The notes: a model not told the origin generated them from the sequence alone. Positions 37,032 through 47,668 are shown, counted from the first letter of the stretch. The stretch: DNA of 64,000 bases from an uncultured Oscillospiraceae bacterium (GCA_949285275.1 CASEBP010000103.1:947-64946); one strand, 5' to 3'. Made by a program: numbers and translations.

Positions 37032-38453
37032 TCAAGCGGCAGATTCTGACTCATCGTCATCAGAGGGCGTTTCGTCATCCGATTCCTCCGAGCTGTCTTC
37101 CTGCGTTTCTTCCTCCGTGAGATCTTCTTCCTCCAGATCATCGGAGGAATCCTCTTCCGAAGGCTCCGGCTCCTCCTCCAGCGGCGCCTCGGTCGAAGAC
37201 TCTTCGGTCGGGGCCTGCGTGCCGGAAGGACGGTCCGATTCCTCAACGGGGGCGAGATCCTTGACCAGGCCGGCTACGACCTCCAGCGCCTTTTTCAGCT
37301 GCGGGTCACTGTTCTCATCGAGGTTCTCCAGCTGCTTTTCCAGCTCGGCTGACATCCGGACTTCATAGTCGGGCTTGACTCCGATTCCCTCAAAGTTGGG
37401 AGAGGTCGGCGGGTTGTAGAGGGCTACGGTAAAGACGAGTGCCGATCCATCCGAAAGTTTGTGTACCTCCTGCATCGAACCCTTTCCGTAGGTCGTCGTC
37501 CCGACGGCCTTGGCCTTATTGTAGTCCTTGAGCGCCTGTGCGAACAGCTCGGCGTCGGAGGCAGATTTCCCGTTGATGAGCACTGCCATCGGCAGATCGA
37601 TTTCATTGGCGTCGCTGGTCAGCAGAACCTGCGGTTCGGTGCTGTTGCGATAAGTGGCCGAGACGATCGGCCCTTCAGGAAGCAGAACATCCAGAATCTT
37701 GCCGACCGAATCGATGGTCCCGCCCGGGTTGTTGCGGACGTCAAACACCAGCGATTTGGCCCCGCTGTTCAGAAGTTCATCAAGGGTGTTCTGGAACTGA
37801 TCGGGGGTTGCGTCGTTGAATTCGGTGATCCGGATGTAGCCGGCATCTCCGATCATCCGGCCGCTGACGGTGGGAACCTCAACCCGGCGGCGGGTGACGG
37901 TGTAGCTTTTATCGACATTGTCCCGCCGTACCAGCAGGGTCACCGTTGTGCCGGGTTCACCGCGGAGCGCATCGGTCGCTTCGAGGTAGTTCTCCGTCGA
38001 GACGTTCAGGTCGTCCACCTTGACGATCAGGTCGCCCGCCTGCAGTTCCGAGAGGGCGGCGGGAGAATCCTCATAGACCTGGTCGATATGGATATAGCCG
38101 TCGGGGCTCTGGCTGCAGACCACACCGATATCCACCATGCGCCCGGCAAAGTCGCTTTGCGTCTCGGCATACTGCTCGGCAGTCAGATAGGAAGCATAGG
38201 GATCCTCGATTCCCGCAACGTAACCGCGGACCAGCGATTCGCCGAGAAAGTCCTCATCGATCGTGTTGTAGTACTGCTGCCGCACAAGGTCGTCAACCTC
38301 CTTGATCTTGGCATACATCGTCTCCCGCTCCCGGATGTTAAACAGGGTACTATTGAAGGATTTGGCGGAATAGATCCAGGTGGTGATGAAGGTGACGGTG
38401 GAAAACATGATGGCGAGGGTGATCGCCGCACCCAGTGTGATTTTTCTGTACAT
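37032..38453 (-). CDS. ctpA: S41 family C-terminal processing peptidase with acidic tail
   Basis: PDZ domain, DVRNNPGG, SAS, TYGKGSMQ, GVKPD; N-terminal TM segment. Confidence 0.9.
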   Translation of the reverse strand: MYRKITLGAAITLAIMFSTVTFITTWIYSAKSFNSTLFNIRERETMYAKIKEVDDLVRQQYYNTIDEDFLGESLVRGYVAGIEDPYASYLTAEQYAETQSDFAGRMVDIGVVCSQSPDGYIHIDQVYEDSPAALSELQAGDLIVKVDDLNVSTENYLEATDALRGEPGTTVTLLVRRDNVDKSYTVTRRRVEVPTVSGRMIGDAGYIRITEFNDATPDQFQNTLDELLNSGAKSLVFDVRNNPGGTIDSVGKILDVLLPEGPIVSATYRNSTEPQVLLTSDANEIDLPMAVLINGKSASDAELFAQALKDYNKAKAVGTTTYGKGSMQEVHKLSDGSALVFTVALYNPPTSPNFEGIGVKPDYEVRMSAELEKQLENLDENSDPQLKKALEVVAGLVKDLAPVEESDRPSGTQAPTEESSTEAPLEEEPEPSEEDSSDDLEEEDLTEEETQEDSSEESDDETPSDDDESESAA

Positions 38454-38477
38454 GGGATGGCTCCTTTACGGATGGAA

Positions 38478-39665
38478 TCATTGCAGATAAGGCCACGGAC
38501 TGGTGTAAGCGCCGTTGACCCGGACCTCGAAATGGAGGTGCGGACCGGTCGACCAGCCGGTCGAACCGACGAAAGCGATGGTCTGTCCCCGCTTGACCTT
38601 GTCCCCGAGCTTTACGTTGAGCCCACAGGTATGGCCGTACAGGGTGGAGATACCGCCGCCGTGGTCGATGATGAGATAAATGCCATAACCCCGTCCGGGG
38701 GTGAAGGTGGTTTGGGTAAATGCAACCGTTCCATCGGCCGCAGCACGGATCGGTTTGCCGTAGATCCCTTCGCCCTTGGCATTGAGCCGGGCGATGTCGA
38801 TGCCGGTGTGGAAGTCGGTGCCGCCGAAACGCCATCCATAGTCTGAGGTGACCGTCTCGTATCCCTCGACCGGCCAGAGCATGATGCCGCCTTCGTATTC
38901 GCCCTCCGACTTGATCTTGGCATAGATCGCATCGACCTCGGCCTGGACCTCCTCCATCTGCTTGTCAATCGCAGCCTTGTTGGCAAGATAGTCCTGTTCC
39001 AGCGCTTCGATGTCCTGGATCTGGTCCTGCGTATCGGCCAGCTGACCGGCGAGCTGGACCCGCTTGGCATCCTGCTGGCTCTTGGTGCCCTCGAGATCGA
39101 TCTTGTCCGCCTCAATGGAATCCTTGGTATCCTGGATTTCAGCGAGCTTAACCTGCATCTCTTCGATCAGCTCCTGGTCATGCTGGGCGACCCGGGAGGC
39201 GACCTTGCTGCGGGTCAGAAAGTCGGAAAAGTCCTCGGCGCCGAGCACCAGCCCCAGAACGCTGGCGTTTCCGGCCTTATACATGGCACGCAGCCGTTTT
39301 TTGAGCAGTTCGTAGTTTTCCTCGATTTCCTCCGTTTGCTCAAGCAGCTCCTCCTCCTTTTCGGCGAGGTGCCCTTCCAGCAGTGTGATTTTGTCGCTGA
39401 GGACCGAGATCTGTTGGCGGACGCTGTAAATCTGGTTGTCCAGCTCCTTCTTCTGCAGAAGGTATTTGTCCTTTTCGGTTTTTGCCTGGTTGATTTGCTC
39501 GTTGATGGCTTTCTGCTGTGCCTCCAGCTGCTCATACTGGTCCGAAAGCGCGTCAAGCTCGTCCTGATATTCGTCGGCGTCGTCCGCCGCAGCGCCGGAC
39601 ACGCACAGCAGCGAAGCGGCCATGATACCAGCGAGCAAAAGGGACAGCAGTTTCTGTTTTGACAA
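38478..39665 (-). CDS. Coiled-coil M23 peptidase (EnvC/CwlO-like murein hydrolase)
   Basis: Signal peptide, long coiled coil, HTGID and HLHFEV zinc motifs. Confidence 0.9.
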   Translation of the reverse strand: MSKQKLLSLLLAGIMAASLLCVSGAAADDADEYQDELDALSDQYEQLEAQQKAINEQINQAKTEKDKYLLQKKELDNQIYSVRQQISVLSDKITLLEGHLAEKEEELLEQTEEIEENYELLKKRLRAMYKAGNASVLGLVLGAEDFSDFLTRSKVASRVAQHDQELIEEMQVKLAEIQDTKDSIEADKIDLEGTKSQQDAKRVQLAGQLADTQDQIQDIEALEQDYLANKAAIDKQMEEVQAEVDAIYAKIKSEGEYEGGIMLWPVEGYETVTSDYGWRFGGTDFHTGIDIARLNAKGEGIYGKPIRAAADGTVAFTQTTFTPGRGYGIYLIIDHGGGISTLYGHTCGLNVKLGDKVKRGQTIAFVGSTGWSTGPHLHFEVRVNGAYTSPWPYLQ

Positions 39666-39818
39666 GAGGCATCCTCCTCCCTGGTTCTTCCTATTAAACA
39701 CGAAAACTTTGAGGAATGTGTGAAAAAACTGCAAACGATGGCGATTTGAGCCCAAATTTGCCCGACAAACCAAGCGCGCTGCCGCGTTTTCGGCGCAGCA
39801 GCGCGCGGGTCTGATCCA

Positions 39819-40724
39819 TCAGACCTTGAGATATTTCCCGACGAAGAAGAGGCTTCCTATTCCGCTGATCGCCACACCGGTGCCAAGGAAGACAAGATAG
39901 ATCTGCAGCGCCACCCGTTTAAAGGGGACCAGCTGATCGGTGATCATCGAGGCCCAGGTCAGCGCGCTGTTGTTGAGCCAATAGAGCAGCGCCTCATAGC
40001 CGCCCCAAAGCAGGAAAAAGGCGATGGTGGCCGCCAGAAAGCCCAGCAGAATCCCCTCGGATAGGAAGGGGAGGCGGATGAAGGTATCGGTTGCGCCGAC
40101 ATACTTCATAATGCTGATTTCCTTGCGGCGGTTAAAGATGGTGATGCGGATGGTGTTGGAAACGATACACAGCGAGACAACGGCCAGAATTCCGATGACG
40201 CCCAGGCTGCCCAGCGATACCGCCTGTTTGAGACCGGTGACCGCATGGGCCACTTCGGGAGAGGCGCTCACCGATTCCACGCCGGAGATCGCTTCGATCT
40301 CGGCAACTGTCTCGTCCATCCGGGACAGGTCGGTGATGACCAACCGGTAGGAATTCTGCAGCGGATTGTCCTCAACCAGCCACTCAAGCAGGGTGCCGTC
40401 GTCGCCGAGCTCTTCCATCCACTGTTCCAGCCCCTCTTCGCGGCTGATGAAGGAGATTGAGGAGATGTTGTCGATGGATTTGAGCTGTTCATCCAGCCGG
40501 GTCAGCCGGCTGCCCTCTACATTGTCGTCGAGAAAGACGACGATCTCGTTTTGTGATTCGAAATAGCCAACCAGGCTGGTGACATTCATCGAAAAGAGAA
40601 GGGAAAAACCCACCAGCAGCAGACAGGCGACCAATACGCCGATGGCGGCGGTGGAGATGGCGCGGTTCTGCCGCAGATTGCGGAAGCCCTCCCGAATTAA
40701 GTATCCAAAACTACTGCCTCGCAC
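39819..40724 (-). CDS. ftsX: Cell division permease FtsX
   Basis: NTIRITIFNRRKEISIMKYVGAT..FIRLPF..EG. Confidence 0.95.
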   Translation of the reverse strand: MRGSSFGYLIREGFRNLRQNRAISTAAIGVLVACLLLVGFSLLFSMNVTSLVGYFESQNEIVVFLDDNVEGSRLTRLDEQLKSIDNISSISFISREEGLEQWMEELGDDGTLLEWLVEDNPLQNSYRLVITDLSRMDETVAEIEAISGVESVSASPEVAHAVTGLKQAVSLGSLGVIGILAVVSLCIVSNTIRITIFNRRKEISIMKYVGATDTFIRLPFLSEGILLGFLAATIAFFLLWGGYEALLYWLNNSALTWASMITDQLVPFKRVALQIYLVFLGTGVAISGIGSLFFVGKYLKV

Positions 40725-41397
40725 GTTTGCCTCCTATCTTGCCGTCCGCTACCACCCGGCCGCGGTCGATGACAACGGTGCGATGCCGGAACCGGCTGAC
40801 CAGCTCATGCTCATGGGTGACCATGATGATGGTGGTGCCGCATTTGTTGATTTCACTGAGCAATTCGACAATCTCGAAGGACATAGCCGGATCGATATTG
40901 CCGGTTGGCTCGTCCGCGATGATCAGAGAGGGGTTGTTGACCAGCGCACGCGCCAGTGCGACCCGCTGCTGTTCGCCGCCCGAGAGCTGTTCGGGGAACC
41001 GTTTGGCCTTCGGAAGCAGTCCGACCAGATCCAGCACATAGGGGACCCGACGTTTGATCTCCTTGGTGGAGACGTTGGTCACCCGCAGCGCAAAAGCGAC
41101 ATTTTCAAAAACGTTCATCTGGGGGATCAGGCGAAAGTCCTGAAAGACCACCCCGATGCTTCGCCGCAGATAGGGAATTCTGCGGCGCGGCAGCCGGCCG
41201 AGATCGAGACCGTCGACCATTACCCTGCCCGAAGTGGGTTCTTCCTCCCGAAGAAGGAGCTTGAGAAGGGTGCTCTTTCCCGCTCCGGAGGAACCGACGA
41301 TAAAGACGAATTCCCCATCCGAGACGGTCAGACTGACGTCGTCGAGCGCCAACGGCCCCTTGCCATAGGATTTAGACACGTTGACTAGTTCTACCAT
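40711..41397 (-). CDS. ftsE: Cell division ATP-binding protein FtsE
   Basis: GSSGAGKST, VFQDFRL, LSGGEQQR, ADEPTGN. Confidence 0.96.
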   Translation of the reverse strand: MVELVNVSKSYGKGPLALDDVSLTVSDGEFVFIVGSSGAGKSTLLKLLLREEEPTSGRVMVDGLDLGRLPRRRIPYLRRSIGVVFQDFRLIPQMNVFENVAFALRVTNVSTKEIKRRVPYVLDLVGLLPKAKRFPEQLSGGEQQRVALARALVNNPSLIIADEPTGNIDPAMSFEIVELLSEINKCGTTIIMVTHEHELVSRFRHRTVVIDRGRVVADGKIGGKRARQ

Positions 41398-41438
41398 GTG
41401 CCAATGCTACTCCATTTCTGCCGGCGCTCCGGCCGGGA

Positions 41439-42521
41439 TCAGTATTTGACAGGGTTGGCGCTCAGGTACTTTTTGACCATCAGCGCTACCTTGAAAACGA
41501 TGGCATGATCAAATTCCCGCAGATCCAGTCCGGTGAGTTTCTTGATTTTTTCAAGCCGGTAAACCAGTGTATTGCGGTGAACAAAGAGCTTTCTGGACGT
41601 CTCCGAGACATTGAGGTTGTTTTCAAAGAATTTTTGGATGGTAAAGAGGGTTTCCTTGTCGAGGCTGTCGATCGAGCCCTTGATAAAGACTTCGCGCAGG
41701 AACATCTCGCACAGGGTGGTCGGCAGCTGGTAGATCAGCCGGGCGATGCCGAGATTGTCGTAGCGGACGATCGCCTTCTCGGTGTCGAACACCTTGCCGA
41801 CCTCGAGGGAGACCTGCGCCTCCTTGAAGGAACGGGCGAGATCCTTGACCCCGACGGCCACCGTACCGATTCCAACCGTCACCCGGGTATAAAACTCTCC
41901 GGCCAGGGTATCAACGATGGAACGGGCAAGTTTTTCGAGATCCTTGGCCTCGATGCCGGGCTTGATCTCCTTGACAATAACGATGTCGCTTTCGGCGATG
42001 TTGAAGACGAAATCCTTCTGTTTGTCCGGAAAGAGGTTCTGGATGACGTCAAAGGCCGAAACCCCCGAAGCCGACACAATCCGGACCAGAAAAACCACAC
42101 GGGACACATCGGTGTTGAAATGAAGCTCCCGCGCCTTGATGTAGATATCCCCCGGCAGGATATTGTCGAGAATGACATTTTTGATGAAATTGCCGCGGTC
42201 GTATTTTTCGTCATAATACTGCTTGATCCCTGCGATCGAGACGGTCAGGATCCCAGCGTAGCGCCCGGCCATTTCATCGGTCCCCTCCACAAAGACCGCG
42301 AATTCGGGATGCCGTCCGGAACCGAACGGCTTGTAGGTGTAGCCGTCCCGGACAAAGGTGCGGCCCTCGGCCAGATCGATTGAGAGGTATTCCCGCGAGG
42401 TATCGAGCTTGGAGAGATCGGAACAGGCGACAACATGGGAGGTGTCGTCGATCACCCCGATCACCCGGTCGATCGAATCGTGCATTTGGTGGATGATGCC
42501 TTGGAACAGTCGGTTCGACAT
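41439..42521 (-). CDS. CdaR/PucR family transcriptional regulator
   Basis: C-terminal NLNVSETSRKLFVHRNTLVYRLEKI HTH; GGDEF-like middle region. Confidence 0.9.
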   Translation of the reverse strand: MSNRLFQGIIHQMHDSIDRVIGVIDDTSHVVACSDLSKLDTSREYLSIDLAEGRTFVRDGYTYKPFGSGRHPEFAVFVEGTDEMAGRYAGILTVSIAGIKQYYDEKYDRGNFIKNVILDNILPGDIYIKARELHFNTDVSRVVFLVRIVSASGVSAFDVIQNLFPDKQKDFVFNIAESDIVIVKEIKPGIEAKDLEKLARSIVDTLAGEFYTRVTVGIGTVAVGVKDLARSFKEAQVSLEVGKVFDTEKAIVRYDNLGIARLIYQLPTTLCEMFLREVFIKGSIDSLDKETLFTIQKFFENNLNVSETSRKLFVHRNTLVYRLEKIKKLTGLDLREFDHAIVFKVALMVKKYLSANPVKY

Positions 42522-42575
42522 ACAAATCCCCTCTCTATTGGCAAGAATAACAGAGTACACACTTTGTTAGTATTC

Positions 42576-42604
42576 ATTTTACATAAACGGTTTCACATTT
42601 GCAA
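42576..42604 (-). promoter_or_regulatory. Promoter of cdaR-ftsEX with a cre-like spacer
   Basis: TTGCAA-17 nt-TAAAAT; the spacer contains TGAAACCGTTTATG. Confidence 0.6.
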
Positions 42605-42709
42605 CATAAAAATGAATTTTTCCCTAGAATAATTGTGAAAATTATGGTCACTGCCTCTGGAGCTGAATCGAAATTCCCTGCAGAAAGCCAATTTTTCGAC
42701 GGTCCGATG

Positions 42710-43084
42710 CTATTTGACGAGGGAAAACCGGTAGGCTTCATCGATCCAGTTCAGCAGCTCCCCGTCGATTTCCTCCGGAGTCTGAACAAGGACGTGATGG
42801 GTCCACCGGTTGGGGTAGGCCTCCACCGCCTGCGCGATCCGTGGGGAATCCTTCGGCTGTGAAAGCCCGAAGGAGACCAGCAGAAACTCGGATGGCCAGC
42901 CTTTTCTTCTGCGGTAGGGCAGCGAAGCCATTGCAAAGATATGCCGGTTGCAGAAGGAGATCTGCGTTTTTGCCACCCGGATGGTCAGGTTGTCATACCG
43001 TGCCGTCAGTATCTCCCGCAGCCGCTCATAGAGGGGGATCAGCTGGGGCATCCGGTCAAAAAACATCCACTCCGCTTCGGTCAT
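42710..43084 (-). CDS. DUF5655-like protein
   Basis: KTQISF...FAM.SLP...SPRI.QAVE.YPNRWTHH. Confidence 0.7.
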   Translation of the reverse strand: MTEAEWMFFDRMPQLIPLYERLREILTARYDNLTIRVAKTQISFCNRHIFAMASLPYRRRKGWPSEFLLVSFGLSQPKDSPRIAQAVEAYPNRWTHHVLVQTPEEIDGELLNWIDEAYRFSLVK

Positions 43085-43263
43085 TTCCGTGCCCCTTCCT
43101 CTGGTGTGCGCGACATTTATTGAACCTATTGTAGCATCTTTGTCCCAACAGGGCAAGCGGCTGGACAAAACCGCCAAAGAATCGCCCGGCAGCGTTGTTT
43201 TTTCGCCGGTTTGGTGTTATACTGTAATCTGTATGTCAAATCCAACGACAGGAGGAATTCCCT

Positions 43264-45234
43264 ATGAAGAAAAAGACCTTCTATATCACCACTCCCATCT
43301 ATTATCCTTCGGACAAGCTGCATATCGGTCACAGCTACTGCACCGTTGCAACCGATGTGATGGCCCGCTATAAGCGAATGCGTGGATTTGACGTGATGTT
43401 CCTGACCGGCACCGATGAGCACGGCCTGAAGATCGAGCAGAAAGCCAAGGCGGCGGGCGTTACGCCGCAGCAGTATGTCGATCAGGTTGTGGCCGGCATC
43501 AAGGACCTGTGGAAGCTGATGAACATCTCCAACGACCGGTTCATCCGGACCACCGACGACTATCATGTGGAGAGCGTCCAGAAGATTTTCAAGACGCTCT
43601 ACGATAAAGGGGAGATCTACAAGGGCTCCTACAAAGGCAAGTATTGCACCCCCTGCGAATCCTTCTGGACCGAGACCCAGCTGGTCGACGGCAAATGCCC
43701 CGACTGCGGCCGTGAGGTGCAGGACGCCGAGGAGGAGGCGTATTTCTTCCGCCTTTCCAAGTACGCCGATCGGCTGATGCATTACTACTATGAGGAGAAT
43801 CCCACCTTCCTTGAGCCGCCGAGCCGCCTCAACGAGATGGTCAACAACTTCATCAAGCCCGGCCGGGAGGATCTGTGCGTCTCCCGCACCTCGTTTACCT
43901 GGGGCGTTCCGGTCGATTTTGATCCCGGCCACATTGTCTATGTGTGGGTCGATGCCCTCTCGAACTATATCACCGCACTGGGCTATGGCAATGAAAAGTA
44001 CCACGACTTTGAAAAGTACTGGCCGGCCGATGTCCATTTTGTCGGCAAGGAAATCACCCGTTTCCATACCATTATCTGGCCTGCCATGCTGATGGCGCTC
44101 GATCTGCCGCTGCCCAAGAAGGTGTTTGGCCACGGGTGGCTGCTGCTTGAGGGCGGCAAAATGTCCAAGTCGAAGGGCAACGTCGTCGATCCGGTTGTCC
44201 TCTGCGAACGGTACGGCGTTGATGCGATTCGCTATTTCCTGCTGCGGGAGTTCCCGTTCGGTTCGGACGGCGTCTTTTCCAACGAGGCGCTGATCAATCG
44301 GATCAATTCTGATCTGGCCAACGATCTGGGCAACCTGGTTTCCCGCACGCTGTCGATGGCGGAACAGTATTTCGGCCAGATTATCCCGCAGGACCGCCGG
44401 TTCGAGTCCCCCGATGAGCAGCTTATCGCGATGCTCGACGAGGTGCGGGAGAACTACTCCGCCCTGATGGAGACCTTCACCTTCCAGTCGGCCCTCGCCG
44501 AGGTGTTCAAGGTCATCTCCCGGGCCAACAAGTATATCGACGAGACAACCCCGTGGGTGCTGGGCAAGAACCCTGCCGAGACCGACCGCCTCGCCGCCGT
44601 CCTCTATAATCTGTGTGAGACGATCCGGGTCTGTGCGAGCCTGCTGGTGCCGTTTATGCCGGACAGCTGTGAGAAGATCTTCCAGCAGCTGGGCTGCGAG
44701 GAGCATGAGTACGGCTACGAGAAGGCGATCTACTACGCCAACACGAGCTACTGCATCCACAAAAAGGAGAATCTGTTCCCGCGCATCGACGCCAAGAAGG
44801 AGCTGGCGCTGCTGGCCGCCGCCGAGGAGAAAAAGCGGGCTGCCGCTGCCAAGGCGCAGGAGAAGGAACAGAAAAAGGAGCCCCGGAAGGAGGAGGCCCT
44901 CCCCGAGGGGATCATCAGTATCGACCAGTTCATGGAGACCCGGCTGGTGGCGGCGAAGGTGACCGCCTGTGAGCCGGTGCCCAAGTCGGATAAGTTGCTT
45001 CGCCTCGAGCTGGATGACGGCTCCGGCAAGCCGCGTCAGGTTGTCTCCGGTATCCACGCGTGGTATGAACCGGAGGATCTGATCGGGAAGAAGATCGTCG
45101 TTGTTGCCAACCTCAAGCCGGCGAAGCTGCGCGGCGTGATGAGTGAGGGAATGATTCTGGCGGCGGATGTCGGCGAGGAAGCAAAGGTTGTCTTCTTGGA
45201 CGATTCGATTCCGGCTGGTTCGAGGCTGCGCTGA
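43264..45234 (+). CDS. metG: Methionine--tRNA ligase
   Basis: YITTPIYY, LHIGH, KMSKS, C-terminal tRNA-binding domain. Confidence 0.99.
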   Translation: MKKKTFYITTPIYYPSDKLHIGHSYCTVATDVMARYKRMRGFDVMFLTGTDEHGLKIEQKAKAAGVTPQQYVDQVVAGIKDLWKLMNISNDRFIRTTDDYHVESVQKIFKTLYDKGEIYKGSYKGKYCTPCESFWTETQLVDGKCPDCGREVQDAEEEAYFFRLSKYADRLMHYYYEENPTFLEPPSRLNEMVNNFIKPGREDLCVSRTSFTWGVPVDFDPGHIVYVWVDALSNYITALGYGNEKYHDFEKYWPADVHFVGKEITRFHTIIWPAMLMALDLPLPKKVFGHGWLLLEGGKMSKSKGNVVDPVVLCERYGVDAIRYFLLREFPFGSDGVFSNEALINRINSDLANDLGNLVSRTLSMAEQYFGQIIPQDRRFESPDEQLIAMLDEVRENYSALMETFTFQSALAEVFKVISRANKYIDETTPWVLGKNPAETDRLAAVLYNLCETIRVCASLLVPFMPDSCEKIFQQLGCEEHEYGYEKAIYYANTSYCIHKKENLFPRIDAKKELALLAAAEEKKRAAAAKAQEKEQKKEPRKEEALPEGIISIDQFMETRLVAAKVTACEPVPKSDKLLRLELDDGSGKPRQVVSGIHAWYEPEDLIGKKIVVVANLKPAKLRGVMSEGMILAADVGEEAKVVFLDDSIPAGSRLR

Positions 45235-46010
45235 TGGAGCGGTATTTTGATTCTCACGCCCACTATGACGACAACCGCTTTGATGCCGACCGGGAGACAG
45301 TGATCGCTTCGCTGCACCAAGCCGGCGTATTGGCGGTGATGAACGCGGCCAGCGATCTGCCCTCCAGCCGGGCTGCGTTGGAGCTGGCGAGGCGTTATCC
45401 CTTCTTCTGGGCTTCGGCCGGGATTCACCCTCACGACGCTGATACCCTTGACGACGCCGCACTTGAGGAGATCGCCGCTCTGTGCCGGGAACCCGAGGTG
45501 GTTGCGCTCGGCGAGATTGGTCTGGACTATTATTATGACCGCTCCGAACGGGAGGTACAGCGGCAGGCATTTCGCCGGCAGCTCGCGCTGGCTTGCGAGC
45601 TGGATATACCGGTGGTGATCCACAGCCGGGACGCCGCTGCCGATACGTTGGAGATTGTGCGGGAATATCATCCGCGCGGGGTGGTTCACTGCTTCTCCTA
45701 TTCGGCGGAGCAGGCCAGGGAATACCTGGCGTTGGGGATGTATCTCGGCTTTACCGGAGTGGTGACCTTTCCCAACGCAAAAAAGCCGCTCGAGGCCGCT
45801 GCGGTGGTTCCGCTCGACCGGATTTTGATCGAGACCGATTGCCCTTACCTGGCGCCTGCGCCGTACCGGGGGCGGCGGTGTGACTCGACGATGCTTCATG
45901 CGACGGCCGACGCGCTGGCTGCCGCCAAGGGGATTTCCCGCCAAGAGCTGTTGGATGCCGCCTGGGATAATGCCATGCGGGTTTACGGAATTGCCAACAG
46001 AACCAAATGA
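45234..46010 (+). CDS. tatD: TatD family hydrolase
   Basis: DSHAH, GIHPH, GEIGLDY, IHSRDA, HCFS, ETDCPYLAP. Confidence 0.95.
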   Translation: MERYFDSHAHYDDNRFDADRETVIASLHQAGVLAVMNAASDLPSSRAALELARRYPFFWASAGIHPHDADTLDDAALEEIAALCREPEVVALGEIGLDYYYDRSEREVQRQAFRRQLALACELDIPVVIHSRDAAADTLEIVREYHPRGVVHCFSYSAEQAREYLALGMYLGFTGVVTFPNAKKPLEAAAVVPLDRILIETDCPYLAPAPYRGRRCDSTMLHATADALAAAKGISRQELLDAAWDNAMRVYGIANRTK

Positions 46011-46016
46011 AAACGC

Positions 46017-46055
46017 AAACGCTCCGCGTCCCTTTCGACGGACGCGGAGCGTTTT
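46017..46055. terminator. Bidirectional terminator
   Basis: AAACGCTCCGCGTCC...GGACGCGGAGCGTTTT. Confidence 0.85.
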
Positions 46056-46075
46056 GTTTGGATAACAAGAATAGA

Positions 46076-47668
46076 TCAACGATCCCATTTGTCGCAGAGC
46101 GAATCGATCTGCGAGGCAAACCGGGCAAGATCCTTGTTGGTGCCGCCGCGATTGTGCTCGATAACCAACAGCAGGCGCTTCCCGGCAGCGAGCAACCGCT
46201 CGAAGGTATTCTGGGCGCGGCGGGCGGCATAGTCCTTCTTGATTGGGACCGGGCCCTTTTCAACCAGACAGACGTTGGTGGCCAGATCGTAGCAGGTCCC
46301 CGAGTAGGGAGCGACCGTCTGGAATCCCCGCGAGGCAAGCTCGGCGGCAAAGCCCTCACAGACCGAATCTTCCCCGTGGACGACAAAGACCCGCTGGGGT
46401 TTGGGGGAGAAATGCTCCACCCAGGTCAGCAATCCCTCCCGGTCGGCATGGCCGCTGACCCCCGCAAGGCGGGTGATTTCAGCCTGTACCTCGATCGATT
46501 CGCCGAAGAGCCGGACTGACTGGGCGCCTTCGATAATCTGCCGTCCAAGCGACCCGGCCGCCTGGTAGCCGACAAACAGGATGGTGCTTTCCTCCCGCCA
46601 GAGATTGTGTTTGAGATGATGCTTGATTCGGCCGGCGTCGCACATGCCGCTCGCTGAGAGGATGACCTTTGGAGTAGGATCAAAGTTGATGGCCTTGGAT
46701 TCCTCGGAAGAGACCGAAACTTTCAGTCCTTCAAAGCTCAGCGGGTTGATCCCCTGGCGGATCAGGGCGAGGGTCTCCTCGTCGTAGCAGTCCGCACCGT
46801 TCTCCCGGAAGATATTGGTCGCCTCAATGGCCAGCGGGCTGTCAACGTAGACCGAGAAGTTGTGGCCGGTGACCAAATGCTCCTCCTTGATTTGGCGAAG
46901 GAAGTAGAGCATCTCCTGGGTCCGCCCGACCGCGAAGGACGGAATGACGACATTGCCGCCCCGATCGAAGGTGCGCTGCATGATAGCGGCCAGTTCGGTG
47001 ATATAATCAGGACGCGGGCCGTGACTGCGGTCGCCGTAGGTCGATTCCATGACGACGTAGTCGGCATCGGCGATGTACTGCGGGTCGCGCAGGATCGGCT
47101 GGTGCAGGTTGCCGATATCCCCAGAGAAGACGATCTTTTTGCTGACCTCCCCTTCGGTGACCCAGACCTCAATCGAGGCAGAGCCGAGCAGATGCCCGAC
47201 GTCGATAAACCGCACGTCGATCCCCTCGCAGAGGGAGAAGCGCTGCTGGTAAGGATGCGGGACAAACAGCGAAATGGCGGCTTGTGCATCCTCCATCGTG
47301 TAGATGGGGACATACGGTTCCCGGCCGGCACGTTTTCCCTTCCGGTTGCGCCACTCCGCTTCAAATTCCTGGATGTGCGCCGAGTCGCGCAGCATGATGT
47401 CGCAGAGATCAGCGGTGGCATCGGTTGAGTGAATCTCTCCTGAAAAGCCGTTCTTGCACAACAGAGGGAGCATTCCCGAGTGATCAATGTGCGCGTGAGT
47501 CAGCAGAACGTAATCCACCTCTCCGGCTGCTACCGGAATGTCTTGGCTTTCGAAGTAGTTGGGGCCCTGTTCCATCCCGCAGTCGATAACGATCTTTTTC
47601 CCGCAGGCCGTCAGGAAAAAGCAGCTGCCGGTTACTTCATGGGTAGCGCCCAGAAAGGTCAGTTGCAT
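46076..47668 (-). CDS. MBL-fold beta-CASP ribonuclease
   Basis: DCGM, THAHIDH, GHLLGS, SGD, MESTYG, PSFAVGR, SGHAD, VHGE. Confidence 0.92.
   Translation of the reverse strand: MQLTFLGATHEVTGSCFFLTACGKKIVIDCGMEQGPNYFESQDIPVAAGEVDYVLLTHAHIDHSGMLPLLCKNGFSGEIHSTDATADLCDIMLRDSAHIQEFEAEWRNRKGKRAGREPYVPIYTMEDAQAAISLFVPHPYQQRFSLCEGIDVRFIDVGHLLGSASIEVWVTEGEVSKKIVFSGDIGNLHQPILRDPQYIADADYVVMESTYGDRSHGPRPDYITELAAIMQRTFDRGGNVVIPSFAVGRTQEMLYFLRQIKEEHLVTGHNFSVYVDSPLAIEATNIFRENGADCYDEETLALIRQGINPLSFEGLKVSVSSEESKAINFDPTPKVILSASGMCDAGRIKHHLKHNLWREESTILFVGYQAAGSLGRQIIEGAQSVRLFGESIEVQAEITRLAGVSGHADREGLLTWVEHFSPKPQRVFVVHGEDSVCEGFAAELASRGFQTVAPYSGTCYDLATNVCLVEKGPVPIKKDYAARRAQNTFERLLAAGKRLLLVIEHNRGGTNKDLARFASQIDSLCDKWDR

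Noticed and set aside
43085-43263. T-box or S-box riboswitch upstream of metG
   Set aside because: The leader after the TGTTATACT -10 is too short, and no T-box or terminator is visible
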